64,000 nucleotides of DNA from Botryllus schlosseri. Its lineage: Eukaryota. The DNA lies in assembly GCA_051294905.1 (NCBI GenBank), contig CM119378.1, forward strand, positions 2,978,001 through 3,042,000, read 5' to 3'. A program made the position numbers and the translations under genes. Positions 1-13,000 of the stretch are shown piece after piece (within the stretch, counting starts at the first letter, position 1; each line of letters opens with the position of its first letter). The notes beneath the pieces are model-generated. The model was not told where the DNA came from, ran no database searches, and saw nothing but the letters and a program-made list of their open reading frames with translations.

Positions 1-321
1 GATATGAATATGCCGTTCCGCTTTTACGAGGATAGCATTTCTATGGTAAAGGGAAAGGTGTGTGTTAACTGTAGAAGGCCGGGCGAAATGCAGTACTGTG
101 AAGTTGCTTTCTTGACATTTGTTAGTCTTATTTAGTCGAGGACTAAATAAGGGACGTAAAAACCACCCTCCAACACTAAGGTTAGGTTCCATTGATAGAC
201 CGACGCCGTTTGACAGACATGTTGGACTGTATAATATAAAATCCGGTGAAATATACAAAGGAATTAAATCGCCTTGTCAATGGCCTAATCATAGTTTTCA
301 CTCTTGATCCTTTCTAAATAG

Positions 322-2061
322 GAACATCCTGCCAGACTACGCCAACAAAGACGACGTTCCACAGCACGGAATCTTATTCCGAGAAAACCACATCTACAGG
401 TACAGCTTAATAGAAAAGTGGTTCTCAACCGGTGTCCCGCGGCACACTAGTGGATACCGAACTGCTCAGGGGTCCCGCGAGGAGATGTGGTAAACAGGGT
501 AGACGTATAAAAAACACTTGTTATAGTTACATCGGTCATTAAATCGAGGTGGGTAATAAATTGAAAGACCATTATCTGTTCATTACATCCAGTGGTGGCT
601 TTTTATCGGCCGCCTAGGCCCCCTGGTCGAAGACTCCCCTATCTGGTTTAAGCGTGTTTTTTTCAAGGATGATTATAAACGTGGACATCCGTGTAACAAT
701 CAAGTAGATGATTCATTACAGATGGGTCTATCATCATATCTCTGCATTTGTTAGATAAGCCCCATATTTCTAGATAATCATCAAGTCTCTGCAAGCGGCA
801 GAGGTTGCCTACTTACTTGTAGTGTATCCTTGCAACCATGCAATAATAGATATGGCCTAATCCCGTACCTGGCTCAAACCTTGACGTGGTGTGCTGGCAT
901 ATTACTTATGTCAGCCGATAGCTTTCCAGATGAGTGGGGTCTATTTAGCCTGCAGCAGTAGTATATAGCTAATCTAGTATTCCACGCAGCATGCCATACA
1001 TCTTCCACATGAAGATATGAGCTATAGGTATAACGGGGTCACTTCTTCTATAATTTGACAATGTATAATAAACAAAGCCCAGGAACTAGAGCAATTCAAC
1101 ATTTAAGCCTGCTACAAAGCCGTGTTATAGTGTCATATACATTATACACATCACATAATTCCGTTCCATATGGTGCACTAATATTAAGTTGGTTATAATA
1201 GATGCGAAAAGGGGTTCTGGGCGGAGCCACCATAAGCTACGATCACATACTTATAGGGGCCCCCTGGAAGTCTCGCCCACCCCTGCAATCGTAGGGCCAC
1301 CACTGATTACATCGCATTGTGTTTTGTGAATTGCAATTTGCATTGTCTAGCTAGCTAGAGTGAAATGTGTGTATTGGTCGGATGAAAACAATAAATCGCT
1401 GAACATGAATATTATTATGATTATACTTTATCTGCACTTTTCCCTCGTTCATCACTGCAAAATGTAGCTTCATTCACACTATCTGGATATCATTTTAGGC
1501 ATTAATCCGGGCTCGACGACGGCGAAAAAGATTGGAATTGCGTCTGGGGTAATCATTCCGTTGGCTTTGCTTTTGGCACTGGGCTATAAGTACTATATGC
1601 ATCGGGTACGTTTCTTTTCATGGTCATCACAATAGGTGTAAACGTCAATATTTACATTAAAAATAAGAATATGCGACCCAGCGACCTCATCTACTTTTCA
1701 GAACTCGATACCTCTTTGGAAATTAGTGCGTAACAGGGAGAATCTGCCCCATAAATGCATGGTGCTCAATTACTGACGTTTCATTGGCCCATACTCCGCA
1801 ACATGCAAAATGCAGAATGGAGGACTCTAACAACGAATTCCAGCCCTGTTTAACACGTGATTCATGAAAACGGCAATGATATCGCTTATATGTTGAACCC
1901 TGTAATCTTGAACGAAAGCCGAAACAAAGTTTTGGCGTGAATAACATACATTTATTTTTCATTACGACGTTAATTAACGTATATTTAGTCATTTCAATCA
2001 ACCTAACTTTTCTTCAAAGCAGCGCACAAATGACGGTTACTCTTCTGGAGAAAAGAACTGA
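322..2061 (+). CDS. Paralog A (3' part only; 5' exons lie upstream of the window) of the tandem type I membrane protein family
   Basis: Exons: 322-399 (GTSCQTTPTKTTFHSTESYSEKTTST, S/T stalk, same 78-nt length as and homologous to B exon 18017-18094); 1499-1605 (GINPGSTTAKKIGIASGVIIPLALLLALGYKYYMHR, TM plus basic stop-transfer); probably 1702-1725 (NSIPLWKL) and 2020-2061 (QRTNDGYSSGEKN*, preceded by CTAAC branch point and pyrimidine tract). AATAAA at 2163. All AG/GT bounded and phase-compatible; the last two exons are less certain. Confidence 0.7.
590..1305. mobile_element. Non-autonomous hAT-like element in an intron of gene A
   Basis: 10-bp TIR CAGTGGTGGC/GCCACCACTG; perfect 8-bp TSD ATTACATC (582-589, 1306-1313). 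Confidence 0.85.
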
Positions 2062-2783
2062 AATGGAAAGGAATGGGAATGCTAAATGGTGTCATAGTAT
2101 AAGGATGCACATTGTACAGCATATCAAGGAAATTGACAATAACCATATATATGTATAACGCCAATAAATGAAATTACTGCGTTCAAATATGCAGAAGGAA
2201 AGTGATAATAGTACCACTTCATGTTACTTTATGTTATCAACGGAAAGCTCAATATGATTGTAAAACTAATTTTGAAATGCCGATGAAACATGATGAAGGT
2301 TGGCGGAGGACAGCGTACGGCCATCGATAAATAATTATGCGTTCGTTGAGAGCACGCAATTTTAATAAGCACGTATTCGTTGCACCTCGTTAACAATCTT
2401 TATACGACGTTTAGGATGTTTCGTCGATAGACCACATCGTTTGGCAGTGAATTGATCCATCTTCGTTATGTGATATCGTTGTAATGTCGAATTATTCTAT
2501 ATGGGCGAGTTTCCATAGGCCTAGTTCGCTCGTTCTCGTTTCAAAGCTCGTGGATTGCAAACATGACTTCGGGTGTATAACGCCATAAAGACCGTTAACT
2601 TTGTACTATGGTAACATAGTTTGGGAATGGTGACAAATAAACCATCGATAGTACAGTACCGAGTTAGAAACAAATTCATGACTCTGCCCCGTTTGCTTTC
2701 TGCAGTGAACTTAGGTATTTTACAAGGAAACCGTTGAACCTGAATCGCCAAACAGACGACAAAGAGATGCTTGGCATACCAAG

Positions 2784-3478
2784 CAGGGCGGAGCATTGAC
2801 CGGAGCCGGATTGGATATCCGGCCGGATGTTCTCATTTTTGGCCGGAGCGGGTTCAGAGCCGGATCAGTACTTTTTCTGATGTCGGCCGGAGTCGGATCG
2901 GAGCCGGACCGGCACTTTTTACTAAGAATATGAGTCTTTCCTGCTGCCACCCTCGAATCAATAGTTGAAGAGAAACGTTCATGGAAATAAACCACATGCT
3001 AAGTCTAAGTTTGCATGATTACTTCAGATAAGGGTTGGGTTTGATCTTTGAGTTTTTAATTTCCTGTTTGCATTGCTTCAATCTATATTCAATACCATCT
3101 GTGAGTCAGTCAGAGGTGGTCAAAGTAGTCACAGTCGCTACTCAAGTAGAAGTAAGAGTGGTGGCTCACAAGTAAGTAAGTAAGTAGGTATTCTACCCTT
3201 ATTTTTTAATACAAAACTGAAAACTGTCAAGTAGAAGTAGATGTAGTCTAAAATCATAACTACTCGAAAAGTAGTGCGAGTAGGGAAAATCTACTTCAAG
3301 TACTTCAAAAAATAGAAGTACTTCGTTACTGACCACCTCTGCTGTGATTATATAATTATTATAGGAGTTTTTCGGACCGGATCAAGGTCATTTCTAGAAT
3401 CCGGCCTAGGAGTCGGACCAGAGCTTTAAAAACAGGATCGGAGTAGGACCAGAGAATTTGTCGATCCGGTTCGCGCTA
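2784..3478. mobile_element. hAT-like MITE with CCGGA-rich subterminal repeats, hosting the MITE at 3111-3341
   Basis: TSD ATACCAAG/ATACGAAG; degenerate TIRs; repeated GACCGGA/GCCGGA motifs at both ends. Confidence 0.65.
3111..3341. mobile_element. MITE of the CAGAGGTGGTCA family (AAGTAG repeats)
   Basis: TIR CAGAGGTGGTCA/TGACCACCTCTG; homologous copies at 41132-41401 (inverted) and 45173-46430. Confidence 0.8.
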
Positions 3479-4003
3479 ATACGAAGCCCCCAGTAGTCAC
3501 TAACATTGATATGAGTATCTTTTATCGATATTTTGAAGGCGTTCAGGCGGTGCTTTTACGACCCTATGGCTGGCAGCCGTATACGCCACAGTAGTCGAAA
3601 TGCGGTCCGTAAATGCCAACATCCCGCTGTATAAAAAGCAGAGTTGGCGAACTGTAGAACTTTCAGCTTGCCAAATTAGATTAGGGTTATAAATTGAATC
3701 AAGATCAGTTCATATCAAATCAGATTTCATTGTCTGATGCACGAGAATGGCAAATGTCTGTACAGCAAGCTTGGCTCGTTTCGCAGTACACAGTTCTCGG
3801 TAGCATTTTCCGGAATACCAGAAATTGACTAAAATTAGAGCATAGAAACAATTACCAAATTAGGTTAAAATTAGATTAACAGCATTTCGCTCCAACTAGT
3901 CTGATATCGAAAACTAGAATGATCTAAAGTTGCCCAAGCCTGTTGGGATGTGGTGATTTGAGGTTGTTCTCGACAAAACCGAAAGCCAACACCATGCTGA
4001 TGA

Positions 4004-4097
4004 TGACTGACGACGATACACCAGCCTTACTCAGTCGAAGTGAGTAACTGCAGTTACTCAATTCGACTGAGTAAGGCTGGTGTATCGTCGTCAGTCA
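4004..4097. repeat. Near-perfect 94-bp palindrome with no loop
   Basis: Centred on CTG|CAG (4050/4051); one mismatch seen (4040/4061). Confidence 0.9.
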
Positions 4098-4302
4098 CGT
4101 GATAAAACGAAAAATAAGACCGCGTGTGATGGCTGACTCTTAATTAGTAACGAGTTGCCGTTTGCTCCAATAATAAAATCATTCATTGCATTTTCATGTT
4201 TTCATATGCAATGAATGATTTTAATATTGGAGCAAACGGCAACTCGTTACTAATTAAGAGTCAGCCATCACACGCGGTCTTATTTTTCGTTTTATCACGT
4301 GA
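4095..4302. repeat. ~208-bp inverted repeat (hairpin) abutting the previous palindrome
   Basis: TCACGTGATAAAACGAAAAATAAGACCGCG... is matched by ...CGCGGTCTTATTTTTCGTTTTATCACGTGA; short loop near 4190-4205. Confidence 0.9.
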
Positions 4303-7104
4303 ATAGAGGCTATATATGCTTACCGCGAGGCTAAAACGAAAACTTCCGAGCAAAACGGCTCTTGCGTCCGACAGTGAGAAGTGTTTATTGCGGGGCATCA
4401 CCATAGAACAGAGTTGGACGACTAGAATTTCGGCTTATCCAATAGACTTAGAATTAGAATTATTGCTATCAGCAGTTTATTTCAGATTAGACTAGAATTA
4501 AAATTATGATTCCGCGGTTTTTCTCCAAAAAAGATTAGAATTAGATTATAGCTACGCATTTTTTTCGAAATTAGATGAGAATTAGAATTACTGAATTCGC
4601 GAGACCTTGTAAATTAAATCTAGTTTAATTCATATCAAATCATTCTCATAGCACGAGAATAGAAAATGTCTTGGTTCGTTTCCCACTACACATAGTTCCC
4701 TTGTAGCATTTCAAGAAAACCAGAAATTAGATTATAATTATATAATTAGCCTGTTGAAACATTTCACAAATTAGATTAGAATTGGAATTAGAGAAAATAC
4801 ACTTTTACCGTCATTTCGCTCTAATTAGTCTACGTAGACAACTTCAAGTGTGTATTTGTACAAGCCTGCAATACGATGCCATTTTTGCCGGCCGGGGAGT
4901 TGAAAACAAGCAATTCTAGCAATCAATGACCGACCAATCTCGGAGGAGTGCTCTTGTGAGGCGCTGTAGAGACTTGTGTTCTACAAACATTGGAACGGAT
5001 GCCGTTTGTTAGTCCACTGGATAACTAGGAATTTGGTTGGATAGTTAATACCGCTCTGTAGATATGTTACGGATTGCCGACTGCTCTAGCGTCTCGAACT
5101 ATCTATTAGTGCACAGCTGTAGGGTGATTTCATTCAGCGGATAGGGGAACGGGTCCAGGAATTCCCAAATCCTTCCCTGTAAAAAGGATATTCAAGTTCC
5201 ATGGTCACCTTTTAAGTTCATTTGTCGACAAGACACTATATATTAGGACGTAAATACACACATGCGAAGAAGCATTGGTCGCATTCTTATCCAATGTGGA
5301 GGGTGACTTATTTGATTCGCCGTATGATGCAACGTTTGATACCAATCAGACAAATGGAATGTCTTGGAAATATCATGACTCTTTGGTTCTATTTAGCCGT
5401 CGTGCAAAGCACAATTACCGATTGTACAATGCGCAACGTAGCCTACATTGTGTACAATCTTTACATGTATAATAGCAATGGCTGCAAGAACATCACACAA
5501 CACAACACAACACCGGTATCACGATTCGAGACATACGACGATACGTGTTTCCTGGTTGTTCGGAAACGATTTTTCTAGATATAAGCAATTACAACTAAAA
5601 CTTCTCCCTTTTAAAATTACTCGATAAAAGAACGAGAACCGAACTAATCAAAGAACGGCATGGTACTTAGTTGACCATGAACTAACTAAATTCATAGTTT
5701 ATATGTAGAAGTATGTGTCCTGTATATTGATCAAAAAATTGGATGAATAACAGTCCCAATAGCACACTGCCTTCGCGGTGGAAATTCCGCTGCACAGTGT
5801 GCACGACTGCACGTGCATGAAACACCAATAAATGTAAACTCATGTAACGAACAGTTAGGGCGGGCGGATCATGGCTTCACAGAAATTCTCTTTCCACTAA
5901 TATCCGCAGCTCTTTGATACATGTATTGGATGCTGTGATACGTCCAATTTAGGTTTTAAGATTTACACAAAAAAGTAGAGGAGCGATAATGTTTGTTGAT
6001 ATATAATAATTATATAATATAACTGTTGGCGTAAAGAGGCGTATAATTTCACTACGCAAAAAAACCATCTCTCACTATACTCGACTTCGATAGTTACAAT
6101 GAATACACGAGTCATTGTCCCCAGCCCTAGTAACCATGCCGAAGCGGAACTTTCTATCTGGCCCTTCATGAAGTATGTATTAGTTGGCGGATAACCTACC
6201 ACATCTATAATACGTAAAGATTTACTGGTATATGATGAAGCATTATGTTCACTGTTCACTCTAAACTGATTCAAAGATGATCCAGCCGTTCGGATTACGA
6301 TACTTATGTCAGTTCAGCTCAAGAACTCTCCACTTCAGAGAGAATAGGACCTGCCCGGCTACGTCCACTCTTTACACACTATTTTGGCGTATCAATTGAG
6401 GTCGTTGTTATCATGTGATGTGACGTGACACATTCAGTCTCGCAAATTCTTCATGTCGTGTGCGGGACGTACACAGACCATTTATCGATGTATGAATATG
6501 AGAGCAAGATTGTATTGAGTTAATGATAAGGATAAAATTACTTTTCAAAAACAGCTCGACTGTAGATATCAAAATGCATTTAAAACTATTTGTGAAAACA
6601 CCGTTTAATATGTATTCAGTATTGATTTCCCGATTTAATTGGATCTTACATCGACGAACCAGACGTATGTACGTGTCAATACAGCCACCAGATTATTATA
6701 ACGCAATGAACATCGCTCGGTACGGTTCCCATCTAAGTATAACACTTTTTAAGGTATATTGATCACGACGATGCTTCAAAGACCCCAATTTTTAGGATAT
6801 GAGCAGACTTGAGAACATTGTAAAGGCCAACAAATGTTGTTAGTTGTTCGCTTCTCTGCTGACAGACTGCTGGGGAATTTGTCCTGACGACGAAACCATA
6901 CGTGAGAGATTACAGTATGTAATGTCCGCCCACCGGGAGATGTGTAAGAGAATACTTGCATATGACAAACAAAACTATTTGCGTTGTAATCACCAGACAA
7001 ATATAATCATCAAAAACAACAACAGCAGCAGACATTGGACGATTACTGTATCAATGCAATTAATTACGGTTACTATTACTTCTGAATTATGATTTCGACT
7101 AGAG

Positions 7105-7434
7105 CAGTGGCTCCCAACGTGGGCAATATCGCCCCCCTCCCCCCGGGGCGATTTGGCGGGCTAGGGGGTGAAAATAACGAAGGGGGCGATGTCGCGGTTA
7201 AACGGCTGTATTGGAGTCCAGTCGAAGAAATGATGATTTTTTCTTTAGTCAACTCACAAAAATATAGCTAAAATAGTGTAATTTTGAAGTCGAGCCGGTA
7301 AGTTGACCTTTTTTGTCATCTCGTCGGTTATTACAGTTTGTATGCCCATTTTTAGGTTCCCAATATTTGGGGGGCGATGATTGGTGTGGAGCTTGAAAAG
7401 GGGGCGATGAGTCGAAAAAGGTTGGGAACCACTA
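7105..7434. mobile_element. hAT (Charlie/Buster-like) MITE
   Basis: TIR CAGTGGCTCCCAAC/GTTGGGAACCACTA; degenerate TSD GACTAGAG/GATAAGAG; GGGGCGA subterminal repeats. Confidence 0.7.
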
Positions 7435-8095
7435 GATAAGAGCAAATTCTCTCAATACGCGATTACGATTTAAAGAGCTTCTTGGAGGCACAGAACTTCA
7501 ATATACAATTGAATAGTATATTCATATTGATTTCGAATCGTTGGACGGGGCCGTTCACAATTCCAATTGTGTGCCTTGGAATCGACTTTTATCAAAATAC
7601 ACCAACCAAAACTCTGTCAACAAAAGGAGTTCGTGTACCACCTAAAAATGGTACATTGAACGCTCTCTCTTTCATGCTGGTGACGTCATATTTTGTGATA
7701 CGATTGTTGATGTACAAAGTCCTTTCCAATTCTCTACTAGTTGCTGGCGATTACCCCTGACGAGTTTCAGCCGAAAATATTCGAGTTCATTTCAATATGA
7801 ATATACTATTCGATTACGATTTAATGGAAAAGTAATCACGATGATTCTCGATTCCATCATTTTGCTTCCTCCTACCGTGGCCATGAAAACGTTTTCTCAC
7901 ATTGTAATCACAAAGTATAATCGGATTAGATATGTAAAATCGTGGATTCGGTTACTTTGGATTTTTTTTTCGAATGTTATCGATTACGATTTCGACATTT
8001 TGAAAATGATGTATAATCGTCGTAATAGAATATGACCAAAATCACGATTACCCCCTGTTTGGTTAACTGCTGTTAACCGACATGTTATGTACATC

Positions 8096-9415
8096 CAGGG
8101 CCGTAACAGCACTTCGTCAGCCCCCCCCCCAAAACGTTGGTCTTGGGCCCCCCATAGAGTGATAAACCCAACTTCTGGGGGGCTTCGCCCCCCCCCCAGA
8201 CTCCCCATAAGACTGTACGCAGTTTACCGCTACTATCCATCTATATTGGGTGTCCGTCTAGTATCAACGATTTCTCGACAGACCGCGCGGAGCGCGAAAA
8301 AATTGTATAATTCACGATTGAATCGGTCAGTATGATCGAGAATTTCATATATATTGCTATCAATTTTTATCCTCTCTTTGCTCACGTAATCAGATTTACT
8401 GACAGAGCGGAGTGAGGTGTGTTTCAAAAGGTAGGACCACTCAATAATAATAATTTAACATCTCCGGGCGTATACCTGTCGGCAGGAACGAATCAGCACT
8501 TCGTCAGGCCCCCGAAAAGTAGGGCCTACTTCGGTCGTGGGCTCCCATGCGGTGATAAACCGACTCCCCCCTCATCACGTTGCTCGCTTTTACCACGAAA
8601 TCAGTTGCACTCTTTAGTGAAAACGCGCGAAGCGCGAAAAGTTTCAATGATTCATAATAGAATCGGTCAATAAGATCGGGAATTGCATGTAGCCTATATT
8701 GCTATAAATTTCTTGTCCTCTCTGCTCGCGTAATCAGATTAACCGGTAGAGCTGACCGAGGTGTCTTGGAAACTGTAGGGCCCGTAAATAATAATTAAAC
8801 ATCTTCGGGCGGGCGGACCCGTTGGTATGACTTCGTTACATGATGTTATTTCGTGACCTCAGCAATATCAAAAAATGTAGAATCGCATAAACGTACTAAA
8901 CTAAAAGACGCACACGATTTCATATTGGTATTTCTTCACAGGCATATATTTTTTCCGTGCGGGGTGGTATTTGTCTTGTGAGGTTCAGATTGCCAAGACA
9001 GAAATATTCGTCACCAGTTATTTAGGCGCCTATGGACAATTAAACCTATATGTATCAGCATAAGCGCAGTCCTTTTAAGGTTTTCTCGCTGCCGATCGTT
9101 CTGGCACACCTCTTGGAGTCGCATGTTACATGGCCTAAAACTTTATATCTTCGTGCGTCGTGGCGCGGTAATGGCCAACGCCGATATGCCTATTTCTATA
9201 AATCTTGCGTATATTTTCTTGGGTGAAGAGTACCCAATAATAAAGATATTTGGCAACTTGAAATCGCGCGGAGCGCAAATTTTTTTTGAAAATGCTACAC
9301 AAATTTCCAAAAAATACTCCGTAATTTATGCTAATTCACGAAATAATTTTGGGCCCCCTTCGAGCTCGCCCCCCCCCCCAATTGGGGGGTTTGGGGTGCG
9401 GCAGTTACGGTGCTG
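8096..9415. mobile_element. Non-autonomous hAT-like element of the CAGGGCCGTAAC family
   Basis: TIR CAGGGCCGTAAC/GTTACGGTGCTG; perfect TSD TGTACATC; relatives at 30329-31227 and 62612-end. Confidence 0.85.
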
Positions 9416-10003
9416 TGTACATCGTAGCATATAGCTCAGAGTCATCACTACTAACAGTGGCGTAGCTCTAGGGGTGGGTTTGGGGGACGAAACCCCTCCC
9501 ATATCAAACTTATAATGATTTCTATATGGACAGTCGGTCCGATTCCGATAAACTGAAAATAATAAGTCTCTCTGCAATTGAATCTTTAGGTAAAGTGTGT
9601 TTTAGTTAGTTAGTTCCGGATTTTTAAGTGTGGTTAGTAGTTGGTTCTCGTTGCTACTTTTGAAAAGTGATTAGTTTTATAGTTCTAGTTCTAGTAGCGA
9701 ATTCTGAGAATTCAGTATAGCTAGTACAAGTCTGACAGTACAGCGAGTCAGATGACGTCTAATATTTCTGATACTTGGATCAGTTAAGCATCAGCAATAC
9801 AACTGTGAACCTTATTTGAGTGGATACACAAAGTACGCATATTTGAATGTCTTCGCTCTCGTTATATCAGCTTGCATCATATTTTGCATCATCACATTCA
9901 TAAAGCATGCTATTTTTCGTGTTCGTTTCAAGTTTCTCAGAAGTAGCGTATGCCGTTTGAGGTTGACAATTCTGAAACTAATTGGTGATCTGTGTTGAAG
10001 GAT

Positions 10004-13000
10004 ATGATTTCTGAATGGGTTGCATTAAGTTTGCTAGCTTTTGCTTCTGCGTCGGGTAAGATATATCTGGTTCATATAGGGCTGGGCCAGTATATTATCG
10101 TGATTAATAATTTGAATAATTGATATCGCGGAAGAATATATTTTGGGTGGATTTTCACCTCTTTCGTGAGTGCTACAGTACAACTTCGCCTAGTAAAAGC
10201 TTCGGCGAGATTTCAGAAACCGTTTCCAAAAGATTCGTTTATTTATGCCGTTATTAGTCATAAATGCATCGTTAAATTTGGAAGTTTGTATGGGACTACT
10301 AGCAAATATAATTTGAGGGCATGTCTTTTTAATCAGATCAACTCAATAGATTACTCTTCCTGATCAGGGCTTTGGAGCAGCCGTAAATTTTAACTGCTCC
10401 GGAGCTTTCTTCTATCATACATTAGCTCCGGCTCCAGATCCGGAGCCGCATTATTACCACTGCTCCAGCTCCGGCTCCGGCTCTGAAAATTATTGAATGG
10501 GCCTGTCTATATCAGAGATGGCCAACCCACGACCCGGGAGGGTTTTGAGTGGCCCGCGACGTGATTTCCTATTATATTATCGGAATCCTGTTATAGTATC
10601 GAAAATGAATTGCTCAGATTGTGAACTTGCAACGCCAACCAAAAATTACAAGTCTGGCTGCGACACTTGGGATGTTGATGACTAAAATATCAATTGCGAC
10701 GCATTGGCAGATCCAGGGTCCAGTCACATTTTTAGTAAACCGTCGTACAACAATAAATTAAAAAAGTAGTGAAATTTTTTTTCACGCTTCGCGTGTCTAA
10801 TTGTCACACGATTTCTTGCTCGGTAGCATAACCCCTCCTAAAAATGAAAAAAAAACGCCCAATTTACTCGATTGAGTCTAACTGTTTTCGCAATTACGGG
10901 AGAAAGCCTTTTCGCGTTTGCGCTCGCAGAAAGATCGTCGACGATGAAATGTAAGCACAAAATGATTGTATCATATTACCGGAAACCTTCGATATCGATG
11001 TGTCCAGACGCCGAATAGTCGTGTCCTTGCAAACAGAGCCCAGCGGGCGGTATACAGCATAGACCCGCAATATACTCAAGTAATAATATTATTGACCTAG
11101 TTCATTTATAAACTTTATAAATTTTACCCGCTTTGCGCGGATAGTGGACCGCGCTCTCGTTCGTCAATTGTATGTGCCCCTTTAGCCGAATAGGTTTGCT
11201 ATCCCTGGTCTATAAATATCACTAATCTACCCATGGGTTAGTTATCTATAGTAATCTAGAGTCTGTCAGCTGCCAGTAACATCGGATGCAGCAACGAAGA
11301 CATAGGTGCATGCCGCCGTGCCGGCTTGTGGCGTCATAATGAATACTTGTCAATTGCCGATAACATCATAGTTGCACTGGAACGCACTTTACTTCATGCC
11401 ATTGCTGTGCACAGCATTAAAAATCAGGCCTGCTGTTAAATTATGTGAAATCAGCAGATATGGTTGTTGCATATATAATAGCATCTTATGAAATACGTCG
11501 GAGCCGGAGCTATTTCTCAAATAACGGGCTCCAGCTCCGGCTCCGGCTCCGTCTGAATTTTATGTAGAGCTCCGGCTCCGGCTCCAGCTCCGGTGAAAAT
11601 GCACGGCTCCGGCTCCAGCTCCAAAGCCCTGTTCCTGATCATTATTTCTACTCTTACGTATAGTCTGATTCTGCTTATATGGCATCAGTGACTACTTAAT
11701 ATGCCCCTGCAAAAATTACCAACATTGGATATAATGATAAACAGTCTTCGACAAATATGTCTGGGGCATGGTCACGGCGCATTAGAAAGGGCAGTGGCGT
11801 CGCCCTGACTTGCTAACGGTCCTATTTGGGTGGCTGATTACTAAAATATCCATCAGTACCTTCGGGTTCCAGGTTGAAAACTACTGCTGTGTGCCAGAAA
11901 AGCTCTGCGGTCGATGCGGCCCATTGAAAACAGCTTCATGGTTCATACGTTGGAAACCTCTGGTCCCAGGGTTAGGGTTTACGCCCGATTGACAACAAAT
12001 ACTCTACGTTGTAACATATAAGTCCAGTATAGCTCCTTACAAGAACTAAGCGTGGTGCTATTTTCATAACAATCATCTTTCATGTCTATACATTTACTAT
12101 ATAGTTAACGCCGATGGTCATGGTCACCGATGCAGACAACTTATTATGAACGATACACTCCGCGATTACGAATTCCGAGACACATACGAGGATGAAGATT
12201 CCTTTTGTTTGGAAGTGACGCCACCAAACATATCCGTCGGTTTTTTATTTCATACATTCGATGGAATTTCTACTTCAGGTGACAACCAAGGAATAATCAC
12301 ATATGGTAAGATTTGCTTTCTGTAAGAAAATCCTTGCTTTCAATGCCGGCGGGAACTTTGCAGTATTGGCCTACGTGGTGAAATTAAAATACCTTGCCAA
12401 CTGACTATTTCCCAGGATTTGCGCAAGGTATTTGGCGGCCGAGTTTAGGCTACCTTGTGCATTGAGCACACAGTTGTTAACGCATGCCGACATTCTACAA
12501 TTAGTACATTTATAGCAGCCATAGCTCAATATGCATTTTGTTCGCTTCAGACACTGCCACCGGGAGAGAAACAGATGACGTTTCATCGGGCTGTCTGATC
12601 GCGCAATTCGATAACGCTTGTAAGTTTGAGCCGAAGATAACCCACAAAAAGTGCCCGCATGACGTAAGCGTGAAGAGGGGCATGCTATCAAAGATATACG
12701 TGACGCGTGCGACGACGAGGGAACCCGGCAATTTACGCAATGTGTCTGTCGCAATTCGAGCTGTCAACCAATACCTCGGGTATTTCACTAATTGCAACTG
12801 TAAGAGCCATTTTCGACTTGTCTCTCATTCTAACTAAACGATTGTAGTGTTTCTAGTGAAAAACTAATGCTCAAGCACGTCCTCAATTATGTTCGTTCAG
12901 CATTTATGTTTTATGATTGATGTTACTCGAAGAGCTACCATCCAAAACCGTAATCTTTTGAGTAAGCTTTTTGAGCAGGCCTACGGCAAAAAGCGGAAAT

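Larger units (their letters stand above)
3639..4868. mobile_element. Two tandem copies (3639-3942, 4409-4868) of a CAGAGTTGG...CAAGCCTG element with AATTAG repeats
   Basis: Mutual similarity and similarity to the split copy at 47286-55540. Confidence 0.6.

Noticed and set aside
5963..6274. Minus-strand 103-aa ORF with VVGYPP and WFFC, vaguely Ig-like
   Set aside because: No proper Cys/Trp spacing, no convincing splice sites and no paralog in the window.
5222..7092. ORFs between genes A and B as a possible fifth paralog
   Set aside because: No signal-peptide, Cys-domain, stalk or TM exon matching the family was found.
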